Assembly (NCBI GenBank): GCA_965178125.1
Contig: OZ237766.1
Location: 62,001 to 126,000 of the forward strand
Length of the DNA: 64,000 nucleotides
Direction: 5' to 3'
Source of the DNA: Bilabrum cf. latius
Taxonomy: Eukaryota
Part shown: one piece after another, positions 23,533-36,314 of the stretch
How the letters are laid out: every line of letters starts with the position of its first letter
Position numbering within the stretch: position 1 is the first letter of the stretch
Position numbers and translations under genes: made by a program
Notes under the pieces: generated by a model
Told to the model about the DNA's origin: nothing
What the model saw: the letters and a program-made list of their open reading frames with translations, nothing else
The model's database searches: none

Positions 23533-26500
23533 TCACGCGTTGCCTCCGCGCCTCAAGTCCCTCCACTCAGCAATCTCGTCGCTCGCGTGCACCCCGAAGA
23601 GGTCCTCAGCACCCGGCCCCACCGCGTCGCTGTCTCCTGGGGCCTCCCCGTCCTCCTCCTCATCGAATTCTGGCCCCCCAGATGCCCCCTTTCTTCCACC
23701 GGCCCCGATCCCAGTGGACGTGTCGTCCCAGCTCCACGACTGCTGCCTCCAGGCCTCCCGCGCCCCGGCCGCGCCCTGCCGCAGCACCCGTGGGGAGCAC
23801 GCTGCCGTCACCATGATGCGGCCCGTGTCAAGGTAGCGCTCCACGAGTGCATCCTCGTCACACAGTGGGGACACCTTCTTCCGCTCGAAGGGGAGGGGCA
23901 CCGCATCTGCAGGCAGCAGGCCTGATCCAGCGGCTGGACAGGCCCCACGCACAGCGCCCGCAGCCAGTGCCGCCCCCAACAGTGCCCCCGCCGCCCGAAG
24001 CACGGCCCCGTCACCCCCTCCCTCCCCACGGCCCGACTGTGTTTCCTGCGGGAAGGTCTCTGCCGCCACTTGCGGCCCCGCGCCCGTCTGCCACATCTCC
24101 AGCAGCCCTCGCCTGCGCCACCTCCGCAGCACCCCGAACACGGGGGTGGGCCGACCCACCCTGACCGCCCCCTCCAGCCACTTGAGGCGCACTGCTGCAC
24201 CCCCTTTCACGCACAGCTGCTGCACCCACAGGAGCACAGATGCCTCCAACGGGTTGCATCGCACCATGTGCGTGTGGTGCCACCATCGCCCCTGCCCCTG
24301 ACCTCTCGTTCCCCCCTCGGGCATTTCACTCAATGCCCGCGCCAGCCGTCTGGCCCTCGTCCTTGCGCTCCTCCTGGCTGCCTCCAGGGTCTGAGCCCCT
24401 GTGCCGCCCACCTCTTCCTCTTCGTCCCCCTCCTCCTCTTCCCCCTCCTCCTCCCAGTCACTCCCGCTCCCCACCCCGCCCTGCAGTCCATCCCCTACGC
24501 CCGAGCCCTCGGTCTCCTCGTAGGGCACCCTGGCGCTGGCTCTGCTTCGGACAGCAGGACCCCCCAAGGCGGGGGGAAGGGTTGCCCCCGCCGCGGCCCC
24601 GCTGCTCCTGATGGTCAGGCACACAGACCCCTGCTCCGGCCGGAGAAAGACCTGCCGAAGCCTCTTCAGCTGCGCGTAGCTCGCCTTGAACGCCTCCATC
24701 TGGCCCTGCAGCAGCGGGTGCAGACGAGGCGCCAGTGGCTTGTCATCGTCCGCGCCACCGGCACCCGCACCTGCACCTGCGCCGCCGTCCTCCTAGACCT
24801 GTTCCCATGGCAGCGGATCGGTGCCCCCAGACAGCACGCCCGGCCAGTACAGCCGACTCAGCACCCTGGGCCTGGCAAGGGCAACCACCACCCCTTCCAT
24901 CGAGCCGGCCGCGGCGGCCCCACCCCCCCTGCTGTTCCCCAGCACACGCGCCACCGCGGCTAGCGCCCTCCTCCTTCGCTCCCGCATGGCACCCGCAGCC
25001 GCAGCAGCCGCCCGCTTGCTTTCTGCCGCGTCCCTCAGCAGCACCTCCGCCCACGCCAGCGCGTGTTCCCCGAACCTCCCCTGCAGCAGCTGATGCCGCG
25101 CCGTCAGCTGGTCGTCCTCGAAGCCCCTCCCCCGCAGCAGCCGCCGGGCCACTGCCCCATGCCAGGCCCGCAGCAGAGGCTTGGGGGTGGGGAAGCAGCT
25201 GAGCAGCAGCTCGGCCGGGTCGTGCGCCCGCCGGGTGACTGCGCCGGTGGGGGCCGCGTCGCTCCTGGGGGGCTCCCAGGGAACAGGGGCACCGGACTCG
25301 GAGCCGATTCCCGCGGGTCCCGTCCTGCCGCCCAGCCGGGTGCAGGAGCGCGGTCCCCAGGAGGACGCGATGGCCAGCTCGGCCAGGCCCGGGGCAGCGA
25401 GGAGGCGGTTGGCGGTAGATGCCACAGGGGGCCTCTCGTTCGCTTCAGTGGCTCCTCCTCCTACCTTTGTCCGAGGTGCCTCCAGCAGCGGTGCCGCGCC
25501 ATATAGGTGCAGCGCACTGCAGGGGTGGACGGACGCAGGCGCCGCCGTGCAGTCCCTGCCACCAGAGCTCACGGCCAGGTGGCTGCGAGCCTGCATGTGC
25601 GCGTGCAGGCAGGCGTCCGGCGAGGGCGGGAGGGCGAGCAGATCCTCAACAGCATGAGGAGGGTGCTAGCCCGCGGGCAGCTGCTCCAGCGCATCCGCGA
25701 TCCAGCTGGAGTCCTCGCGATCAGAAGTGTTCTCGACCCCGGCTGCTACTTCCTGGGATGCGGTCCGACCAGCGACAGAGCCAGCCCCTTGTCCTGCTGT
25801 CTGCGAGAGGACGGCAGGACCCCCCATGTGGGCCCCCAGCCTGAATGGAACAGGGGGTACCGCATGCATCGGCACTAGGCTAGCTGGCCATGCTCCGCCC
25901 CCACTCATGCCCCCACCCATGGCCTCACCCATGAACGACTTGGACTCGGACTCGGAATCGTCCACCGCATGCCGGCCGCCACCGCCACGGCCCCAGGCAC
26001 CTGCACCTGCACCCAGCCCGCCTCCGCCCTCTCCATCGACCCCCGCAACCCCCCCACCCATCACCCCCCCTCCCGCGACCCCCGCCCCCGACCACGGGGC
26101 AGCCCGCTCCGCCCGCGCCCTCCCCGCGCCCCCCGCGCCCTCCCCCGGCGCATCCCCCGCCGCCTCGAACTCGTACTCGCTCAGCAGATCCACCAGCAGA
26201 CCGGCGCTGCGAGCACGAGACCCACCGGGCCCCTGGGAGTCCTCCAGGAAACCGGAACCGTCCGACCCGCCCGAAGCCGCCAGCCGCTGAGCCGCCGCCG
26301 CCGCCGCCGCCCCCTCCGCCCCCGCGCTCGCCTCTAGATCATCATCATCATCATCAGCATTGTCCTCCTCTAGCTCCTCGTCCCCTCGTTCATCGTCGTC
26401 CGCACCGCCGCCCCCTCGCCCCCTCCCTCTCCCTCTCCCCTCCATCCTACGGATGAGCCAGGCAAGCACGGCAGGAGCCGCGTCCCTCCTCCGCCCAAGC

Positions 26501-29112
26501 TCTCTGCGGATCCCCCGCGCGGCCGCATCGAGCGCCACCCCCGATGGATCCACCGCCCCCAGGCACGCCCGCGCCAGCAGCAGGAACTGCACCACTTGGG
26601 ATGTCGGCACCGCGGGCCGCAGCAAACGGCTCTCGATCGCAGCCGCCAGCCCGCCCACGAAGGAGGCAGCGGCGCCGCGCGCCCACGGAGGTTCCGCAGC
26701 GGCCAGCACGGCCACGTCCACGGCAGGCCCCGGGTCCTCCCCCCACCCCGCCACTGCGTCGAAGGCCCCGCTGGCCAGGGAACACACATAGGCGCGGTCG
26801 GCGCACTGCACTGCCGCGCGCACGCACTGCTGCAGCGGGACCGCGAGCGTGGCGGCACCTGCGGTGATGGCCTGGGTGAGCACCACCCCCGGGGCACACC
26901 ACGGGAGGGGAAGGTCCGCGCTTGAGAGCAGCCGGCCCGGGGATCGAGACCCGCTTGGGCTGCTCATGATCCATGCCAAGCCCTACGGCGAGGAGTCGGC
27001 ACCCGTCGCTGGTGCTGGTGCTGTTGGTGTTGCTGTTGCTGTCGGGTTTGCAGCAACCGCCCGCGCAGAAGCCACTGCCGGGTGCAGTGGGCACAGCAGT
27101 GCGATGCACCGCGCGTCCTCGGCCTCGATACCTGGTTCCTTCAGAGCCTCCCTGCGCCCCTTCATCGATCGGAGCCAGCGGTCCGTGAGGCACAGGAGGG
27201 CCAGGGGGCATGCGGCGCACCATGCTCTCAGCCCCATGAGCCCGGGCTCCCTGCCCCGGGCCCGCAGGGGGTTCCTCTTCCTCGTCACACCCTTGGGCAG
27301 CAGCCGGTAGAACGGAGGGGTCCCGTCCAAGCCGGATTCGGAGCCATCCTCCGACTCCGATTCGGACTCGGAATCAGAATCGCCGCTCCCAGCGGGCCCC
27401 ATCTCGTGGCCCTCGTGAGCCGGCCCCTCGTCCCCCCCATCGCCATCGCCATCGCCATCGCCATCGCCATCGCCATCGCCTCCGCCCCCTCGCGCACCCG
27501 CCCCCAGGGCCTCGCCCGCCCGCTGGCACGCCGCCCCCATGCCGTCTCGCAGCCCCTGCACGAACGCGTACCCCGCCACTCCGCACTCGTCACGATGCCC
27601 CAGCCCCGCGCCCTCGAGGGCCAGCAGCACTGCTCCCAGCACGGCGCCCGCTTCGCTCATGGCGGCTGCGCTCGTCACACCGGTGGGCCACCCCTCGCTA
27701 CACCGCAGCGCCCTTGTTCCCTCGATTGCCGCCTTCGATCCAGGCATCAGCCGCGCAAGGACGGCCCCGGCCCCGTGGCTGGCAGCCTCGGCTGCAGCAG
27801 TGTCTGTGGCAGCACCTGCGGCAGCGGCAGCGCTGCCAGCCTGCTGCAACATGCCCGAGGCCCTCGATCCGTCCTGGGCCCGGCCAGCGATGCATCGCAT
27901 TGCAGCGCATGCTATCCCGCCGTTCGGTGATCCGGCACCGCCCTTCGATCCGATCTCACGGGCCGCAGCCGCGCCGAGGACCGCCTCGGTGCTCTCCGCC
28001 AGCGCACCCATCGTGCACTGCACCCATCGCCCGCTGCTCTCCGCCGCCCCATCCCCATCGCCCCCGGCCTGCCCCGCCGACGACCCCTGCCCCCCGATGC
28101 GGGGGCACGGCCACCATCGCCCGCCCGCCCTGCGCGCCCCCGCCGATGCCCTCCCCAGCGCCCGCACTGCCCCCGCCTCAAGCTCCCACACCAGCCCCCC
28201 GCGCTCCTCCACCTCGGGATCGTGACCGCCTCCAGCCCCAGTGCTTGGTATTGGCTCCGGATCCTGTCCGAATGCCACCCGTCCCGCCGCGCGCGCCCAC
28301 ACCGGTGCCCCCCATTTCTCCTTGTTCTCGCCATCGTGTTGGCCCACAGAACCCAGCCCCCTCTTGGCAAGCAGCTGCCAGGGTTCATGCACGCGGCACA
28401 CCTCCCTCTCCCCCTCGTCTTCCCCTCCATCTCCAACCCCATCTCCAACCCCGTGCCGCACCCAGGCCCACTCCAGCTGCTCGCTGGCGCCCTCCGCCAT
28501 AGAGCCCACCCAAGCGCGCAGCCCGCCGGGCCCAGAGGCGTGCCTGCCCTCCGGCATACCTGCGAGGCGCTGCGCGAACCGAGCAGCTTCCCAGTACCCG
28601 TTGGACCCGTACGCAGCGCCCACGCCTCGCGCCCAACCGAGCAGCGCAGCCTTTGCATCGTCCGAGGCCGGCTCGCAACTCGCTGCCACTGCGGCCGGGA
28701 GTCCCGCTGCGAGGGACCGCGCACACCCTCGATGGGCGCGCGGTCCGCATACATTAACCACAAACATGGCCGACGATGCCAGGGCAGCTCCTAGAGCACG
28801 TAGCGTTGCGGCTGCAGGTTCGCATGCAAGCGCCCCTCGAACCTATGCTCGCAGGGAAGTGCTGGATGCGCCCTGGGTACCGCCATCAGATGCACGATCT
28901 CTTTGTTCAGCCTGTTGGATCAATTGCTGCGAAGCTTCTGCCCAGATAACGACCTGGAGCATCCAGCTGAGCTAGCCATCGACGGTGCCGGGAATACTGC
29001 CCGTCGTTCCCAGGAGAGAAGATGCTCCTCTCAGTATTATTTTGCTTATTGCATAACAAAATTTTGCTTGTTGTATCCTAATCGTATTTGATGTCGCGCC
29101 AATTGCCGACAT
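23533..29112 (-). CDS. ANAPC2: Anaphase-promoting complex subunit 2 (cullin-homology), divergent and expanded; start uncertain (29112, 28962 or 28767)
   Basis: APC2 motifs RLLRPAVPTSQVV...VDPSGVALD...IRRELGRRRD, LLQGRFGEHALAWAEVLLRDAAESKR, LSRLYWP and EAFKASYAQLK. Four track ORFs in one frame are joined by TAGs (26983, 25666, 24793). Stop TGA 23533-23535. Confidence 0.8.
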
Positions 29113-29163
29113 GAGGCCTAATGTAGCAGATGTATCTTTCAAAATACAAGAAAAATAAAATAT

Positions 29164-29169
29164 AAAAAA
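29164..29169 (-). terminator. Pol III oligo(dT) terminator of the tRNA gene
   Basis: TTTTTT on the minus strand 3 nt after the discriminator base. Confidence 0.7.
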
Positions 29170-29172
29170 GAA

Positions 29173-29245
29173 TACTGATACCGGGTCTCGATCCCGGGGC
29201 CTTATGCTTATCAGACATACGCTCTACCAACTGAGCTATACCAGC
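29173..29245 (-). tRNA. tRNA-Ile (anticodon GAT)
   Basis: Cloverleaf GCTGGTA TA GCTC-AGTTGGTA-GAGC G TATGT-CTGATAA-GCATA AGGCC CCGGG-ATCGAGA-CCCGG TATCAGT A, 73 nt, with no encoded CCA. A T6 run follows (Pol III terminator). Confidence 0.9.
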
Positions 29246-29379
29246 TTAGGGCGGCGGGTTCATATGGTTAGATTCAAAATACGCATTTACATTATGATGT
29301 AAACTTGAGGCTATTCAGAAAATACATGTTTGGCCTGTCTCTCTCTACCTTATGTCCTTTTGTTACAATTGTTTTACAG

Positions 29380-30202
29380 TTATTTGGAACCACCCGCACC
29401 CGCACCCCGCCTCCCATCAGAGCCGCCACTTCCGCCGCCAGCTCCCTGCTGCCCCTTCCTCGTGGCAGATACGGCGGCCGTGGCGGCTGCTGCCGAAGAT
29501 GACAAAGATGATCTCTGCGGCTCAGAAGGGTCTCTACCAGTATCCCCTGTTGCTTGCACCTCAGCCTGCTTTATTGCACCCGCACCAGTCCCCTCACTCG
29601 CAGCATCTGGATCGTGCCCCTCGCCCCCTGCCCCCTCCTCCCCCGCCCCACCTGTCTTCTCCTCCCTGGCCCGTCCCCCCCGCGCTCCTCCCGCCGCTGC
29701 TGCTGCCACCTGCCTGGCGATCTCCATCGCCCTGCCTTCCTGCCCGTGCAGCCCCAGCTAGAATGCCCTGCGCCCCCGCCCGTCCAGCAGCCCAGGCTCG
29801 GCACCGAACTCCAGCAGCAGGCCCGCCATGGCCCCGTCGTTGTCCATGCACGCGAGGTGCAGGGGAGCGTTGCCCCCGCGCCCCCTCGCATTCGCATTCG
29901 CCCCCGCCTCGAGGAGTGCGCGCGCGCCTCTCGTGAATCGGTTGTGCGCGAACCGATGCAAAGGAAGATAACCGAACGCGTCCACCGCCGTGTGGTCCGC
30001 CCCCAGCTCCAGCAGGAGCGCGGCCACGTCCTGGCCGGGCCCGCTCATGCCCGCCATGTGCAGGGGGGTGGCTCCTCCGTTGGACCGCTCGTTCACGTCG
30101 TGCCCCTTCGAGAGCAGGTCGCGGACCAGTGCGGCGTTGCCGCTCACCACAGCACGGGCCAGGGGGGAGCCTCCGTATACGTCGTCGCCCACGACGTCAA
30201 GC
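29380..30202 (-). CDS. Ankyrin-repeat protein (3' exon; upstream exon(s) not resolved)
   Basis: Repeats GGSPLARAV, GATPLHMAG, GYLPLHRFA, GNAPLHLAC and GRRAF*LG. Probable CGCAG acceptor at about 30203; TAG at 29758; TAA stop 29380-29382. Confidence 0.75.
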
Positions 30203-30711
30203 TGCGGCGGGGTCGTAAACGAGAATGATATGATTGAACGTTGTTCCAAGGTCTGGCGAGGCCGCCTTGCTGCAGCAGTGCGGCTGCATTGTGCGGAGTC
30301 GTCAATCAAAAGCAAGTGCCGCTGGGTCGTGTATCGGTGTTCCGCTGGGCACGATGGCTCACTTTCTTGCACTCCGCGTATCCTTTCTATACATAAGAAT
30401 CCGAAGATGCTACGTTGCACGCAGGATGAGCGTGGCCCGATATGCATGGATCCGATCCGCGCTGGCAACGTCCGTCGATGCATTTTATGGCAGAGGATCC
30501 GGCCACATTGTAGCCGCAGCACTGTCCGCCAATAGCCTCTGCGTATGCTACGTTAGATTGAACGGGCGAGGCTTGGTGCTGCTCTCATATATGCGGTGTG
30601 CAAGGCGGTACGAGTGTCCTTACCTGCAGTGTCTGCTTGGGGCCACGAACAGCACTCCCCGTCGACGCCACACGGGGTGCCTAGCTAAGCCTACCCGCCA
30701 ATTATGAATGC

Positions 30712-32913
30712 ATGGCCAAGCGCGAGGATTGCAACCTGAAGGTTCATATTACTAGCGCTGACGTGGCCATGTGTGTGCGACCACCCCGCATGGGCGCCGC
30801 GCTCTTTGCGACTTTTTTTGCGGAACCGGCAAACCGAAAGTGCAACAGCAACATACTCCTCAACGAAACCATGGATCATGGATCCGCGGCACAGTTCCAG
30901 CGCGAATCCATGCAGCAGCTCGGCATTGTTATGAGTCCTTTTCGCGTCGCAACGCGAGCTGAGAGGAAGTCGAGCGATGAGGGCGGCTCTGGAAGCGCCG
31001 GCAATCGAAGCAGAGTGAAGGCCAAGAAATAGAACGACCTGCGGGCGCGAGCGCGGGCGCTTCGCAATTCTGCCTCAACCACCAGCGTAGGCGCTGGTCG
31101 AACCGGCAGGGGCGGGAAGAGAAGCAGACGCAGCGGGCAGACGAGCACGCACCGCAAGAAGCAGGCTGCTGCCAAGCGAGCGGCAGCAGCCCTGGATGCA
31201 GAGCGCCTGCGCAAACGAAAGTTGGACAGCGATCAAACTGCCGCTCACCCGCAGAGCGCCTCTAGCGCCGTTCGGCCCAGCACCGCGAGCAGCGACGTGC
31301 TGATGGGCGCTGCCCCGCGCACACCGTCGCCAGGCATGGGTATGAGGAGCCGGAGCAGGAGCAGGAGCGGAAGTAGGGGCCACAGTTATGGCCACACTAA
31401 AAGCAAGAGCAAGACGAGCAAGGAGCCAGGACGGAGCCGCACAGAAACCGAGAGGCCGCTGGCTGGCACCGCCTTGGCCGCCGGTCGCCGTGCCAGCCCG
31501 ACCCACGGACACGGACACGGACACAGGGTGCGGTTTTCGCCGCCGGAAGGGGGGCAGCGGGACGATGAGGCTAGTGCAGGTGCAAGTGATACTGGTAGCA
31601 GGCTCGGGGGAGGGGGAACAAGGCGACATGGGGCGGCGGGGGGGGTGCCTATGCCGGTGCCGGTACTGGGGGCGTTTACGCTGGGCTCATCGTCTGGTGC
31701 GACGAATGGCGTTACAGACCTAGGTGCACTCTGTCTAGGAAGCTAGAGAGGCCCTCGAGTAGTGGACGGTGTCGGTAGCGTCGGTTCGGTGGTAGGTGTG
31801 ACGAGTGGAGCCTAGATTGAGTCCAGTGAGTTGCCAAGGTTCACTGGAGATGATGGTGCTGGTGCTGGTGCTGGTGCTGGTGCTGGTGCTGGTGCTGGTG
31901 CTGGTGCTGGTGCTGGTGCTGGTGCTGGTGCTGGTGCTGGTGCTGGTGCTGGTGCTGGTGGTGGTGGTGGTACACGGCCAGACACAGGGGTAGATCCAGG
32001 GGCATGGTCCGGAAGCATCATCAGGCCTGAGGGGAGCACGGGAAGGATGAATGCGACGAGCGTGCTAGCTATGGGGTTCCGCAATGCAGTGCGCGGCGCC
32101 GCCTCTCGCTTGATGGGTGCAGGTGGTCCGCCGCAGCCCGAACAAATGAAGGGAATGCCAGGGAGGGAACATGACGAGGTGCATGGACGCGAGAATGAGG
32201 AGGATGGTACTGGCAATGGCACTGTGGATGGTCCGGAAATGGACAGGATCCGCAGTGCGCTGCAGTCTATGGTGATTCCAAACATAGTCCAACGAGGTAG
32301 CGGGGCAAGCCACGCGCGGCTGCCGCTGGAAGTGCTGGTGGGGTAGGCAGGGTGGCGGGTGGAGGAGGGTGACTCGGGCCATGCTCTGGTGCAGGGGACG
32401 GAGAGTGTAGGTCCTCCTGGGAGTGTTGGTTATGAGGGGGTATCTGTGAAAAATCCGGATGCTCACGGCGGTGGTGTGACGAGTGCGAGTGGTGCATCCT
32501 CTCAAGGTGGCACGGATGCGGGTGGTCCCGGCACGCTACCGCCAGCCCCGACGCCAGCCGCCGCCCCTGCCTCCCGTCTCACTTGTCACACTGACGCGAT
32601 CCGGGAGGTCAGCCAGGCGTCAGGGGGTCCCGCGCGGCTTGTGGCTGTCAGGGAGAGGGCGGGCGGCAGTGCAGTGCAGCTGGGAAGGCGTGCCCACAAC
32701 AAGGGCAACGCACAGGGCGAAGAGAGAGCCATCGGGCCGAACGGGGGCGCAGCTCCGCCGCACCGTCGGAACAGCGGGGGTGGCACCATGTCCATCGATG
32801 GACTAGTGGCCGAAGGTGCCTCCATTGAACTGCCGCCGGCGCACGGTGGTGCGGCTGATGCTTCGACCTAGTAGCATCGTCCCCGCGTCTCGATCACGCT
32901 GCCCAGGCGGTAA
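30712..32913 (+). CDS. Hypothetical low-complexity, basic protein (start 30712 or 30871)
   Basis: Four track ORFs in one frame joined by TAGs (31030, 31744, 31813, 32344, 32869, 32872); ends at TAA 32911-32913. Confidence 0.6.
31855..31971 (+). repeat. (GGTGCT)n microsatellite encoding poly-(Gly-Ala), ending in (GGT)n
   Basis: Perfect hexamer array visible directly. Confidence 0.95.
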
Positions 32914-33383
32914 CGCGATCCGCGGCCGAGAATAATGTTCGTTTGTTAATGTTGCATGAGTCCAATTTAATGCTTGCAATTCCGTTCACACTATAGCAGC
33001 AAGGTGCAGTCATGCAAGCAACGGCGCCGCGACCACATCCCCTCGCAAAAATGTCGAATCCGTCAGTCCAGAGGTACAAAAAAATCAGTCGTTGGTACGA
33101 AGTAGTCCTTGCCCGTGGCCTATCTAGCAGAGCAGTGCCGCGTCTGGATGCTCGTCGAGTGAGCAGCGGACGGGCGATCAGCAGCAGCCATCGGGGCCAA
33201 GAACCGCAAACACGCACGAAGAAGAAACACAGGCTACCGACTGGGAAGTAGCCCATAGCAAGCGATCACCGTGCAGCCCGGCGGCAGCAGACGCAGGACT
33301 GGCCTGCAGGGCCAGGACGTATCATCCCACCCTGCCGGCTGGCCCATTGTGTCGATTGCTTGCTTCCATCGTGGTGATGCTGT

Positions 33384-35960
33384 TCACCACCCCTGGTGCC
33401 CGCTGCCCTCCTCCAGCCACGAGCCCAGACTGGTTCCCGCGAGATCCAGCGACCCGCTGTGATCCAGGCCGGCAGACACGCCAGTGCCGGAGCCGGATGG
33501 CGCCGCGTGCGCTGCAATGCCGTGCACCTGGGACCGGCTGGAGGACGGCCCCGGGGCGGACCGGCTCGTGTGCATTGCACTGCTGTGCGGTTGCGAGGCA
33601 GGGGCCACGGTCCTCGGGCCTGAGTGGTGCTGGTGCAGGTGCTGGTACTGCTGGGGCTGGTGCTACGACTGCTGGACATGGGCCTGGGGGGCCTGGCTGG
33701 TTGCAACCAGCATCCTGCCGTCCTCCAGCACCGGCACAGCCACCCACCGGAATCCTGCCTGCTGCGGAGGCATGGGCGGGACGGCCATCTGCACCTGGCT
33801 CAGCGCCTGGGCCTGGGCCTGTGGTTGAGACTGGGACTCGGAATGGGAACGGGGCGCACCCATAGAGGAAGACCCGAAGGGCCAAGCGGAGACGGGCGCA
33901 CTCGTCACATGAGGCTAGTGCTGCTGCTGGTGGACGGTGCCCACCACCAGCCCTGGCTGCATCCGCACGCCATGGGCCTGGGCCTGGGCCTGGGCCTGGG
34001 GCTAGGCAGCGGCGGCAGAGGTCCACTGGGGCTGAGTCTGGGCGTGGGCCTGAAGCCGAGCCCGCTCGTGCACCATAGCACTCGTCACACCGATGCCCAC
34101 TCCAGCACCCACGCCCAGGCCCAGGCCCAGCCCCGCATCCACAGAGACTTCCGGCAGGTGCGCCAGGTCACTGCTGCCCATGGAGCCTCCCACAAGCTCA
34201 GGCTGTGCCTGGGGCTGCACCTGTGGTTGACCGAGCGCCATCTGCGCGATGGCCCGGTCGGGCGCGTCTCCTCCCTGCCACAGGGGCGAGCTGGAGGATC
34301 CCGCGTGTGACGAGTGCGCGTGCACGTCGGACCCGAGGCTCCCCGCGGCGAGGAGGCCAGAGGAGGCCCCCGCCGCCCCCATCCCAAGCGCGGCATCATC
34401 CGGCCCTACGCTCATGCCCAGGCTGGCCAGAGAGTGCTCCCGCCCGCCCTCCATCATCGCGTGGGACATGCCCACGCCGGGGACCAGCGCCCTGCCGTGG
34501 GCGTGCCTGTGTCCCCGTGGGCTGGCATGCCCGCTGCCGCTCGCCACTGCCCCACTGTGGAAGGACGCGCCCTCTATCTCGGAGCGGGTCGAGTGCATCG
34601 TGCCTGCACCTGCACCTGCACCTGCACCACCGTGCGGTGCACCGTGGTACCGCTCCCGGTGGAGCTCCAGCTCCTCGCCCGACACGCTGCGGGGACTCTC
34701 TATGGCGGGAAGCAGCTGCGCCCCCCCCTGGTGGGCGGGGGGTGACCCCAGCCCGGGGGGAGGACCCCTGGACACAAGACCGCCTGACCGTGCGCTGCCT
34801 TCTCCTCCTCCTCCTCCTCCTCCTCCCCCGTAGGAGCGCGCGCTGTCCGCGGCGGGGCTCAGGACACCCCTACCACTCGTGGTGGTTGGGTATCCCGTGT
34901 GACGAGTGCGGTCGTCGCCGTCCCCGCGAGCCTCCTACAGCCGGCTCAAGTCCATGCGGGGCACACCGGGGCGCGCCCCTCCTTGCCCGTGGGGTGCACC
35001 GGCCGCGGCCTTGTCGGAAGAGGACTACGCGGCCGATCCACGGCTGGAGTAGAGCGACGAGCGGGACCCGTTGGACCCGTGCAGCCTCAGGTTGTGCCTC
35101 GCCGAGCCTGAGCCTGAGCCGGAACCTGACCCCTCCCTCTGGCTGCTCGCGGCCATCGGTGCCCCGCCGGCGGACGACTCCAGCTTGCTCTCCATCTGCC
35201 GTTTTTGCTATCTTTCAATTGGAAACACGCCGCCCTGGGACGACTTTTGCATCCAGAGGCGCTGCCTGGCGCCGGATTGCGTGTTTGCCGCGGCGGTTGC
35301 TGGCGCGGTCGCTTGGGACCCGGCGGACATTGACACGCCGGAGGGAGCATCTCCGGTCGCTCCGGGCCTGCTTGGCCTATACTTTGATGAAGAGGATGCC
35401 TTGGAAGGAGGCTGCCACTTGCTGCTGCGAGCGGCAATCGCAGGGGAGGGAGCCGGGACGTATCGCGAACCAACACCAGCGCTCCGCTGCGGCTGCTTCG
35501 GGCGGTAGGGAGCACCAGACAGTCTTGCACGCGCAGAATTGGGGAGTGGTTGCTGCTCGGGTGCAGTAGTGGGACCGCTCAGAGGTTTGGTGCGAGGAGA
35601 CACGTGCTCGTCTGCCAATCCGCCGGTCGAGGCAGCCGAAGGTCCCTTGGCAACTGATCCACCCTGCTTGGCTCCCTTGATCATGTCTCGGGTTGCTGGA
35701 AATGCTTTGTTGAGGCTCATTCCAACCTCTTTAGCCACCTTGACGCTCTTTGGGTCGATAGCGGCGGAAATGTCGTCTTCGACGGGAGCAGGGCCTGGCG
35801 TCGCAGCGTCACGCCGGACGTCCCTCCATGAGTTCGACATTTCGCGGTATTCCTTCCGTTCTGCGCAAATCACGCAATAAGTCATTGCATGTGGTTCATA
35901 TTTCGGTGGACTTTTAGCTGAAGGAACGCTTTGGTCGGGTGAAATATCGTTCTTAAGCAA
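33384..35960 (-). CDS. Hypothetical Gln/Ser/Gly-rich protein; 5' end uncertain
   Basis: Track ORFs 35208-35960, 34002-34775, 33663-33908 and 33384-33608 share one frame. The gaps contain only TAG, often inside Q-rich tracts. Stop TGA 33384-33386. Confidence 0.65.
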
Positions 35961-36314
35961 AGTGCACCCGCGACTTGTGGTGGTCCGAATTTATCCGTAA
36001 ATGGCCTACACATAAACAGATGATTGCTGAAACTTACATGCTTATCTAAAATTACGCCCAAATCGCCAGCGACAGCTTGTCGCAGGCGCTTCGCGAGACA
36101 CTGGTGGGTCGCGAAAGATGCGCTCACCCATTGCAGCAAGACAGACCAAGAAGCAGAGCATCTTGTGTTCCGCAATTTGGCGCCGCGCAATGCTGCGGAA
36201 TGGTGGGGGCGGCTTCGAGTTTACCCTTCCAATGAATACACACGCCGTTGGGGAGTTCCCGGTGAATCAAACACAATTCTGAATGCCATATGTCCCATCA
36301 GCCTTTTTCGAGCA

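Noticed and set aside
26940-26953. 14-nt match to the tRNA T-arm (GGGATCGAGACCCG) inside APC2
   Set aside because: There is no surrounding cloverleaf; probably coincidental.
29173-29245. tRNA as the UAG suppressor or as initiator tRNA-Met
   Set aside because: The anticodon reads GAT, not CTA or CAT, and initiator identity elements are missing.
31855-31971. Telomeric or interstitial telomere repeat
   Set aside because: The unit GGTGCT is not a TTAGGG-type repeat and lies in frame within coding sequence.
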